Source: Octopus vulgaris
Lineage: Eukaryota
Assembly (NCBI GenBank): GCA_951406725.2
Contig: OX597840.1
Location: forward strand, 1,302,001 to 1,366,000
Direction: 5' to 3'
DNA length: 64,000 bases
Shown here in pieces: positions 54,073 through 64,000 of the stretch. The notes below the pieces were generated by a model. The model ran no database searches and had not been told where the DNA came from. It saw only the letters and a list, made by a program, of their open reading frames with translations. The stretch's first letter is position 1. Every line of letters begins with the position of its first letter. Position numbers and translations under genes: made by a program.

Positions 54073-54126
54073 CGGCCCCCTCACTGATATGAGGCCCGCT
54101 TGCTAGATCAGCTGGTTATGATGAAC

Positions 54127-55152
54127 TCAATATACTTCTAGCCATCGCTCATCGTCTCTTTTTAACCATATCCAGTGGCTAGCCTTCTCCACTGTAGATT
54201 GGATATCAGTCATGGTGGTATTGACTTTACGATGAGTTAGGCCTAACGATAACAACAGTCGTCTCACGCTGTGTCCTACAAACCCTCTACATCCGACTTC
54301 GATAGGAAAATGTTCCGCTTTCCAGCCTGCGTCTTCATATTCCTCGAGGAGGTTTTCATAACGGTTTAATTTTCGAGCTCGAGCGGCGTCCATATTATCT
54401 TCGTGAGGAACCGTTAGCTCGACTATATTTAAAACTTTCTTTCTTTCACACCACATCAAAATATCTGGTTTTTTCGAAACTGGGATGGGAAAGAAAACCT
54501 GGCACCCAGGTAAATCTGCAGTTACCTCCCAATAGTCGTTCCACTTTTCATTTTTCTCAGGAAGTTTCTTGGTCTTCTTCTTGAAACGGATCTGCTGACC
54601 TGGTCGCACGAAGGTAATGAATTCTCTTGATGGTACTTTTAACGATTTTTCCTCAGTGTTGTTGAGATGAATTTGATTCTTTATAGCATTGAAGATAACC
54701 TTAAGGACCAAGTTGTGCCTCCATGTGTACCTGTTCAATGCTAACGAACAGTTGGAAAGAATATGTTTTAGTGTACCGACTTTTCCACATTTGCAGACGT
54801 CATTCTCTAAGACGTTCCATCTTACTAGATTCGTAGGTGATGGCAAAACATCATAAGATGAACGAATCAGGAAACTCAGCCGAGATGTTGTCCACTTCCA
54901 CATCTCATCCCAACTTATCTTCCTCTCAACAACATGTTCTTCCCATCTCGTCATCTGACCTTGATGAACACATCGGATCAAATGAAGCTCTCTTCTCTCT
55001 GCTTCTCTTGTTTTGACGCTGTTGCTAACAACAGATCTGCGTTCACACGGCATCATGCTTGCAAACGGTCTGAACTGATCCGCGCCAAAACCAAATCCTT
55101 TCCGATGGTTCTGCGTTGCTCCCACCATATCTCTGTGTGTAAGAGAAGACAA
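54127..55152 (-). CDS. C-terminal part of HERO-like ORF: CCHC zinc knuckle and PD-(D/E)xK restriction-like endonuclease (RT absent)
   Basis: CKCGKVGTLKHILSNC, YTWRHNLVL, KPDILMW...IVELTVPHE...RKLNRY, PIEVGCRGF, EKASHWIWLKR. Uninterrupted frame, but a truncated fragment rather than a gene with a real start. Confidence 0.88.
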   Translation of the reverse strand: MSSLTHRDMVGATQNHRKGFGFGADQFRPFASMMPCERRSVVSNSVKTREAERRELHLIRCVHQGQMTRWEEHVVERKISWDEMWKWTTSRLSFLIRSSYDVLPSPTNLVRWNVLENDVCKCGKVGTLKHILSNCSLALNRYTWRHNLVLKVIFNAIKNQIHLNNTEEKSLKVPSREFITFVRPGQQIRFKKKTKKLPEKNEKWNDYWEVTADLPGCQVFFPIPVSKKPDILMWCERKKVLNIVELTVPHEDNMDAARARKLNRYENLLEEYEDAGWKAEHFPIEVGCRGFVGHSVRRLLLSLGLTHRKVNTTMTDIQSTVEKASHWIWLKRDDERWLEVY

Positions 55153-55655
55153 GATGTTGTCAGTTTCTGCTTCTGCTTATATATATATGTCCACATCAAT
55201 GGAGATGCGAGCTTTAACAAGTGAAGCTGCTTGTTCTCTAGTGTGAGAAAGAGAAGAAAACCTAATATCGAATAAATTTATATATTAGTACCTCGTTTTG
55301 ACCGTCCGTATTTCTCTTTTCCTTATATCGTGATTTTGAACGCTACGCCGGTCAAATAATCTCGCCCTCATTCTCAGACAGACCATGAAAAACTTGGTCG
55401 ATACGGATTGTCAAAAGCTTAACAGAGGGGGAGAGAGCGTTTGAGTAGTGGTTGTAATTCGTTGCCAGATTGCGTATCACTACCTAGCGCCTAGCACTTT
55501 GTGTTTCATATTGCATAGCTTATTCACTTCGAGGCACCGCTCTAAATATATTAGAAGCTAATTGCGTCTAGATAAGAAGATCCTGTCGTCAAGTGATATG
55601 CTCAGTTTCTTAAATATATAAACGGTTTACAGATTCACAAAAACGTAAGAAGACA

Positions 55656-55847
55656 ATGATGTTGATGATGATGTTGATGATGATGATGATGATGATGACG
55701 GCGACGAGGATGAATAATGATGACAATGACGAAGTCGACGGAGGGGGGAAATGACGAAGACGACGACAGTGATGATATTGATGATGACGATAATATTGGT
55801 GGTGATGATGATGATGATGATGATGACGACGACAACGACAACGATAA

Positions 55848-55878
<31 letters not shown>

Positions 55879-56227
55879 ATTGGTGGTGATGATAATTATG
55901 ATGATGATGATGATGATGACGAAAATATTGGAGGTGATGATAATAATCATGATGACGACAACGACGATGACGACGATGATGATGATGATGATGAGGATGA
56001 TAATATTGGTGGTGATGAAGATATTGATGATGATGATGATGACGACGATGATAATGATGATGATGATGGCGATAACATTGGTGGTGATGATGAGAATGCT
56101 GGCAACAACGACGACGATGATGATGACGATAATGTCGGTGGTAGTGATGATGAGATGATGATGACGACGACAACGATGATGATGATGATAATGATGGCCA
56201 TAATATGATGACGATGATGATGATGAC

Positions 56228-56284
<57 letters not shown>

Positions 56285-56414
56285 AATATTGGTGCTAGTG
56301 ATGATGAGATGATGATGACGACGACAACGGTGATGATGATGATAACGATGACCATAATATGATGACGATGATGATGATGATGATGGTGATGATGGTGATG
56401 ATGATGATGATGAC

Positions 56415-56511
<97 letters not shown>

Positions 56512-56512
56512 A
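55656..56512. repeat. (GAT)n-derived tract with a higher-order GATAATATTGGTGGT unit
   Basis: The GATAA(T/C)ATTGGTGG-like motif recurs about seven times between GAT/GAC runs. Confidence 0.9.
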
Positions 56513-57679
56513 CGGACGTCTTCCCCGTTTCTGTCGTACCAAAACTACAAGCAGCAAAAAAATGATTGTGAAATATCCCTCAAGTGGCATACTAACGTCT
56601 TAAATTAGAAACGCATTACGGATCTACAAGAGAATCTTATTTGATTGTCACAAAGATTTTATAGGAACGGTTATTAGTATGGTTTCAAGGTAATCTATGG
56701 ATCACTGCAGAACAAAGAAACGGAATGGTAAAGAAGGAAAACATAAGCAGAAATTAAGGAATTGAAACGGTAAGAAATAAATATATTGAAAAAAAATATG
56801 GTGGTAAGAAATTGCAATCAATAAAAAAATTTCCAAATTTTTTGAGGAATTTTCTGAAGAAGACTTCCAGATGCGTTCCTAAATCGACACCCCCGCCCTC
56901 AATGAATTAACCGTTTTGTGAATATGTTTTATGGTGTGTCACAATGAATGGCTTTCGGGGCCCTCCTGAGTTTGCGAAAAACATGCAGTATAGCGAGGTT
57001 TGGAAGATAATGCCGCTATAGATCACGTAAATAGCGGTTTGCGGTTCGAACATGACAGGAATTACATAAACTGAACCTGTTGTTCATTGGATGGTCTAAA
57101 TGTGTGCGTGCGTACTATGTGTGTACGCAGTGGAACGCGTGTGTGGATGTGTAGGAGTTGGAGAAGAGGGGAGTGTGTTTAGAGTCTATGTTGATTTACG
57201 AGATGAGGATTGGTGGTGGGCTGAAGTGGATTGGGTAATTTTCCACTTTTGTATATCTTATATATGGGAATGTTTGAGATGAAGTTTGATAGTTGGGGGT
57301 TCGTGAGGTTAAGAGAAAAGTCAAGGAATATCAAAAAATATTGCTATTTCTCGGCAACTTAACGCAAAAACGCAATTTCAATTATTAGGAATATACACAA
57401 AAAAAAAAAAGAAAAGAAGAGAAGAAAAATATAAACTAGAATAAAGGATAACATCTACCTAACAGATTTCTGGCTAAAATCTAAATTCATTTGTTTACTG
57501 TAAGGTAAGAGTGATGGAAAACATAAACAAAATTGCTCAAATTGTATCAGCGAAAAGTTGATACAAAACTATTATTGGTTTGGTTTCGGGTTTAATGGCT
57601 AAATGCATCAAAATAAGAGGTAACAGTTAGTATAATGAAGGCCTTGGGCCAAAATTTGAAACCAGTATTTTGTTGAATT

Positions 57680-58050
57680 AAGGCGGTAGTTGGACAAAAT
57701 CGTTGGCAGGGTGTTGAGTTGCATTTCGCTCGTTTTTAAATTCTGAGGTCAAATACCATTTATGCTAACTTGACCTTTCATTCTTTCGCAGTTGATGAAA
57801 TAAGTACCATTAAAGGTACTTTATCATTAAAGGTACATTATCATTAAAGTTACATTAAAGGTACCAAATCCCACACGAAATTGCCAGTTTTGTACCAACA
57901 TTTATAGTCGGTATTTTGTATAATTAAGGGAGTGAGCTAGCAGAATTGATAGAACACCGGGTACATGCTTAGCAGTATTATGTCTTTCTCACACTTTCTG
58001 AGTTTATATTCCGCCCTGCTCGGCACTGACTTTCATCCTTTATGAGCCGA
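57680..58050 (+). mobile_element. Two highly diverged SINE type B copies
   Basis: Residual TTCTGAG and CTTTCAT.CTTT motifs and heads (AAGGCGGTAGTTGG, GAGCTAGCAGAAT). Confidence 0.6.
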
Positions 58051-58055
58051 TTAAA

Positions 58056-58460
58056 TATCAGGCTGAGGAAAAAGTAAGCAATGTTTTGAAACATGCGATT
58101 TATCACAATATATTTCAAGAATGCACAAATTTTATTCCTCAAAGTAAGTACCATTACAATCAACACCTTTTTGCGAATGTGTTTCAAGTTTATTTATTCC
58201 GGTAACATAAAAATCAGAAGTTCTGAAGCTGATGAATTCTTTCAACATACTATCAACTTCGGTTTGATTTTTGAACTCCTCTCGCAGCTTGAAAAATTGC
58301 TATCGGTAGGAGAACAGTCTGGGTAGTAAGATGGGTGGGGAAGAACTTCATAGCCAAGTTCTCTCAACTTCTAGAGCGTCATTAGTGATATGAATGGTCA
58401 AGCATTGTCATGAAGGATGATTGACTCGCTTTTGTTGACCATCTAGGACTCCAGCTTTCT
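58056..58460 (-). pseudogene. Mariner fossil, transposase C-terminus and terminal repeat
   Basis: IILHDNA*P...LRELGYEVLPHPSYYPDCSPTD...FYVTGINKLETHSQKGVDCNGTYFEE* (HDNARPH and YSPDL motifs); end TATCAGGCTGAGGAAAAAGTAA is mariner TIR-like. Confidence 0.88.
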
Positions 58461-58549
58461 TTGGAATACATCCTTTCTAGAGTTAAATACCGTCCATCTT
58501 GTCCGTATTCTCTTTTGATATTTGAGCATCCATTTCTTAGCGCATATTC

Positions 58550-58688
<139 letters not shown>

Positions 58689-59282
58689 GATATTATATAT
58701 ATATATATATATATATATAAAGACACAGAGAGAGAGAAATATAGTTATATCTATGTTTATATATCGGTGTGATTATGCTCAAGTGTCGTAAATCCAAAAC
58801 GTTGCTTTTTCAGAAAACGAAAAAATAGTTTCACCATTCCATTTCTTTTTACATTGTCAATACTTAACAATAATACTTTGTTGGGTGCATAAGATCCGTA
58901 ATTTCATGCATGTGTGATATTTTCAGTCAGAAATATTTTTGCAAACCTGTTGTATGTGAGACTTAGTAGTACACCTTTGAAAAATGCTAAACAGTTGTAC
59001 TACACTTTGGCAAGTTTCATATCTTGACATCTGAAGCAGCCGAAGACCAAAAGAACCGCGTACTGCAAGCAAAATAAAATATTGAAAAACAAAAACGCAT
59101 TCGGCCCCACTTGGACTTACGACGGTTTAACATAATAACAACGATATATATATATATATATATATAATTAATAATATATATATATATAATATATATATAA
59201 TAATATATATATAATATCAGAGTAAGAAAAGTTTTAGAAATTTTTACTACCAATAGACATTTTTTTTTCATATAAATACAGA

Positions 59283-59560
59283 GTACATTTAAACACATAG
59301 GATCCATCATAGGATACCGGGCAGGCTAGAAGGAGTAGCCAAACTCCAAACCACTATTAGGGATACATTTTGAAGGGAATGAAAAATATTTGCTAATATA
59401 TCGTCAAAAACCATGGTTCAGTAGATAGATGGTAAATGTTTTTATTTTTCATTTCCTTCGAAATTTTATCACTAAATGTAGTCTGGATTTTGGCTGTTCT
59501 TTCTAGCGTGCCATGAATCCTTTGACGGATACCTCTTATGTGTTTAAATGTACACCGTCT
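59283..59560. mobile_element. Fold-back/MITE with diverged ~105-bp arms, same family as 21541
   Basis: GTACATTTAAACACATA...GCTAGAAGGAGTAGCCAAA...GAAGGGAATGAAAAATA mirrored on the other arm. Confidence 0.8.
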
Positions 59561-59599
59561 ATATATATATATATATGTATGTATACTCTAATCGTTTTT

Positions 59600-59900
59600 C
59601 TACTGGTTGGACCACCGTTTTGATGTGTTTTTGTCAAACAATTCGATTCCAGGTTCTTTGACAAACCGCTATGTTACTCGCATGTAAATACATCAACATC
59701 AGTTGTGAAGCGACTAAACACACATATAGACACACAGACACACATATGTATGTACATATACGAGGGGCTTCTTTTAGTTTCCGTCTAACAAATCCACTCA
59801 CAAGTTTTTGGTCGGCACGAGGCTATAGTAGAAGACACTCCTTCAATGTGCCACGCAGTGGGACTGAACCAGGTACCATGTGGTTGGGATGTAAGGTTCT
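59600..59900 (-). mobile_element. Diverged SINE type A
   Basis: AAATCCACTCACAAG, GCTATAGTAGAAGACAC, GCCACGCAGTGGGACTGAACC. Confidence 0.8.
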
Positions 59901-60989
59901 ATACAACCGTAAGTTCCGTAGGCATATGAAACGAACTTAACAATTCAGGCTGAAGTGTTAGGATTTTCTGACGCACCTACGAAATTTCAAGCTGCATGGA
60001 GCCGAAACAAGCTATTATTAAACAGTGTATGTAACTCCTACGTATTGCTTTGAATTTCACATTCGTTTGTGCATACATATGTCAGTTCTTATCTTTCAGT
60101 CGTTCGCATTCAAGGAAGAAGAAAGAAGCATCGATTCTTTTAATTCGTCTGCTGCACTGAGTCAATATTCTTAATTCAGCAACATATAGATTGCGCTTAA
60201 CCTCAACTGTTAGTAAGACGCTATGTGGTGGATTACAATTGGGAGCAGCCGTCCATAGGGCTGAGAACAACTTTACTCCGCAGTTACATTCTTCTTTCTT
60301 GCTTGTTCCGAATATCCAGTCAATCTGTCGCCGGTATATTTATAGAGAAGCGATACAAGATATTGAAGATAGAAACTGGAATTCTCAATATGGTAAATGG
60401 ATTTTTTTTTTCTTTTCCTTGTGGGAGGAATTCTTTATCAATACGTATTCATAAGTTCAGAAACGAAGTAAATTATTACCTCCTGCCACACCGATTTAAC
60501 TCTGCTTTTAAAATAGACAAAATTCTTTCAAAAATCTGTGACATAGTAACTACATTACAGCTGTAGGGGATGTGGTTACTGCAAGAAATATGTTATATAC
60601 GATAATATAAGAAAGTAATTCGAACGATAAATTCCCCTCAAACTGCATTGCAAAAATGGGGTGTTTTTTTACCGAATTGTGCAAGAAAGCGTAGTTGTTA
60701 AAACTCAAGGGAGTTCTAAAGGTGGGGTCTTATAATCAGTGACAGTGTAATCCTGCCTATCCAGTCAGTGATTCATATTATCTAATTTGCCAAAATCATA
60801 TTTTGGATAGAACATGCGACCACTGAACTCTTCAGTTCGGTTCAACATCCGTAAATGTACTAACTTGAACAAAGCCGCACCGATACGTATGTACTCAATG
60901 CAACTGAACCAAAAGGACGGGAATTAATGCTACATTTTAGGACATATATATAGCAGAAACAGCTGTCGGACTGAGATATAATGGGATGC

Positions 60990-61040
<51 letters not shown>

Positions 61041-61045
<5 letters not shown>

Positions 61046-61262
61046 TTTTTTTTTGTCCGAGTCAAACGCCATGATAGATCGTTCGCCAATACATACATTT
61101 TTTTCTCTCCTTGTTTCTCTCCTTGCTTTTTCTGTGTACCTTTCTGTAGAAGAGCGTAGGCTCGAAACGTAAAAGACTTTTTTCTGTTCCTGAGCGCAAT
61201 ACTAATACATCTGTTTGTTTTGTACACCACCTGTCTTCGTCTTTTTTTTCGTAAACTTTCCC
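61041..61262 (+). mobile_element. Short element with minimal hammerhead-like motif, in (TA)n
   Basis: CTTT-CTGTAGA-A-GAGC gtag GCTC-GAAAC-GTA-AAAG at 61140-61175. Confidence 0.6.
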
Positions 61263-61600
61263 TATATATATATATATATATGAAAAATTTTTGATTTGAG
61301 ATGATTTAGCTTCTGGTTGTAGAGGTACCAATGCTTTGTTATTGCTGGCGTGTCACTATGTTATTAATTATTCCGTCGGTGACAAGAAAGACCAAGGACA
61401 TCATACAAGAGAAGAAGATGGCGCATTGTGGATCACGATGTGGTTAAACACTCCAACCTCACTATAGAGTTTGGCTGGAACGTTTGCAATACAAAAGATA
61501 GTGAAATGCTAAAGGGAGAATGGTTAAGTTTCACATGTACGCCAAACTAAACGCAGCAAATTACGCTCGTGAAAGTTAAACCTGTTACTAAATCACTATA

Positions 61601-62015
61601 CTCTTTACTCTTTTACTTGTTTCAGTCATTTGACTGCGGCCATGCTGGAGCACCGCCTTTAGTCGAGCAACTCGACCCCGGGACTTATTCTTTGTAAACC
61701 TAATACTTAGAGTATCGGTGTCTTTTGCCGAAACATTAAGTTACGGGGACGGAAAAAAACCGGCATCGGTTGTCAAGCGATGTTCGGGGGACAAACAGAG
61801 ACACACAGACACTCACATATATATATATATACATATGCATATACATATATACGACGGGCTTCTTTCAGTTTCCGTCTACCAAATCCACTCACAAGGCTTT
61901 GGTCGGCCCGGGGCTATAGTAGGAGACACTTGTCCAAGGTGCCACGCAGTGGGACTGAACCCGGAACCATGCGGTTGGTAAGCAAGCTACTTACCACGCA
62001 GCCACTCCTGTACCT
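61601..62015 (-). mobile_element. SINE type A, full length
   Basis: Complete reverse-complement copy. Confidence 0.92.
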
Positions 62016-62345
62016 ATATCAACTTCCATCTAATAATGAAATAAACACCGAAGTGTTGCAATAATATATCTGGGCAAGCGAAAATAGGGTGTGCGATTGA
62101 GAGATTGGCCGCATATAAAAATACATAACTAGAAATATACAGAGAGGTTCATAGATATACACTATGAAATATACGAACACGAATAAACATATCTCCTTAA
62201 ATATATCTAATAACGTAAGCATAATTTTACTTTCTGTCTCTCTACCTATCTATGTCGGTCTATCTGTTTATGTGTCTATCAATTTATATATTTACACATA
62301 CACACGTCCTGTCTGTCTGTCGGTCTGTATCTCTCTCTCTCTATA

Positions 62346-62401
<56 letters not shown>

Positions 62402-62816
62402 CCATATATCAATGTATGCATATACATAGAAATGTACACACTCCGTTCCTTTTCTGTCTGGCTGTCTATCTAAATATCTCTAACTCTCTCACCCTCTCTC
62501 TTTCTTACTCTCTCTCTCTCTTTCTTTATATCTATCTATCCTTCCATCTATTTATGCATCCAATCAAATCTCTCTCTGCATTTATCAAATTATACTCTTA
62601 CACATACACACGTCCTCTCTCTCTCTGTCTCTGTCCTTCCCTCTCTTTCTTTTTCTCTCTCTCTTTCTCTTTCTATATACACGCACGCACACATATATAA
62701 ACAGAAATGTATATATGTATACATACATACATATATATAATATATACATATACAGACGTGCGACCAGCTTATACACTCATACATGTATATATATGTATAT
62801 GTCTATTAATGTGTGT

Positions 62817-62872
<56 letters not shown>

Positions 62873-62887
62873 CTATATATACACATG

Positions 62888-62981
<94 letters not shown>

Positions 62982-63540
62982 AAAATATATATAGATATAT
63001 ATAGAGAAATATATAGAGAAATATATAGAGAAATATATAATAGAGATATATAGAGAGAAATATATATATATATATATATATATTTCTATAAAAATTCCAA
63101 AACACAGCAGAAAAATTACAGAACAGAGAAAACGGAGCAAAAAAAAATTATTCTCCTAATTCACATCGCATTTCTATATCAATTTGCTGTCGAAAATATT
63201 CCACAGCGGATAGACGCACCTACACATATACCTGATACAATATTTCAGTTAATACCTTCATCGAAGTACGTGTATGTGCGTATACATGTGCGTATATTGT
63301 ACTCAGTTGTACTCATATATGTGAAAATAAGCCAGAAAAACGTGTGAGAATCAAATTTTCAGCTTCAAATTTCGTAAACACCTGCTCTCTTACTAAATCT
63401 TTATCGCTGTTTTTCCCGCCAGACATGAAACTAAAGATCACTAATTTTAATTACAATACTATGCTAGGCCCATATACAAACATATATGTATACATATATA
63501 CATCTATATACATACATACATATGCATATATATATATATT

Positions 63541-63576
<36 letters not shown>

Positions 63577-63633
63577 CAGATATATATAGAGATATAGATA
63601 AAGATATGGCTATATATATACATACATATATAC

Positions 63634-63684
<51 letters not shown>

Positions 63685-63728
63685 TTATAGAGATGGAGAT
63701 ATGGTTACTGATAAATAGATCGTGTATA

Positions 63729-63778
<50 letters not shown>

Positions 63779-64000
63779 CAGAAAATATATTATATAGATT
63801 AAAAATATAAACTATCAAATATGTATATATATATACATATATACATAAATATACATATATATATATTTACATAACACACACACAAATATATATATATATA
63901 TATATAGGCCTAAAATAGGTACGCATCCACACTATAGGTTATGTATATACACATATGTATATATGCACATATAGACATACGGTACACTTGTGTGTATGCA

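Larger units (their letters stand above)
53946..55177 (-). mobile_element. 5'-truncated HERO-like non-LTR retrotransposon inserted in (TA)n
   Basis: Open C-terminal ORF plus 181-nt 3' UTR; (TA)n on both sides. Confidence 0.88.

Noticed and set aside
55190-55262. Minus-strand acceptor splicing into the HERO ORF (domestication)
   Set aside because: A TAA lies in frame immediately before the HERO-derived sequence at the (TA)n junction.
59900-59997. Tiny MITE with AAGTTCCGTAGG / CCTACGAAATTT ends
   Set aside because: The inverted match is short and imperfect and there is no second copy in the window.
60100-60391. Plus-strand coding exon (TTTCAG acceptor, G|GTAAAT donor)
   Set aside because: All three frames from the strong acceptor hit stops; the frame open from a weaker AG at 60179 gives no recognisable protein.

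Overview
Repeat-saturated, AT-rich animal DNA. The SINE families and microsatellite load point to an octopus or other coleoid cephalopod; this is an inference from recognising the repeats, not a search result. No intact host gene is visible, and almost all ORFs in the supplied track are translations of (TA)n, (CA)n, (TAA)n, (GAT)n or (GAA)n tracts. The window holds many copies of four modular tRNA-headed SINE types (my labels A-D), fragments of four LINE clades (HERO-like, R4/Dong-like in TAA tracts, CR1/L2-like, RTE-like), two mariner fossils, a solo LTR and several fold-back/MITE-like elements. The most notable signals are RNA structures. (1) The HERO-like LINE 3' UTR (about 54010-54072, minus) has all three hammerhead core strands in a non-circularly permuted order. 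(2) A minimal type I hammerhead at 32543-32600 carries a compensatory U3:A8 core pair. (3) Several further minimal hammerhead-like motifs sit in short Penelope-type elements. Also present: a candidate 27-nt frame-preserving micro-exon (53030-53056, minus), a LINE/SINE pair sharing a covarying 3' stem-loop, and long inverted repeats that could form dsRNA. All alignments and folds were done by eye; boundaries of diverged repeats are approximate.
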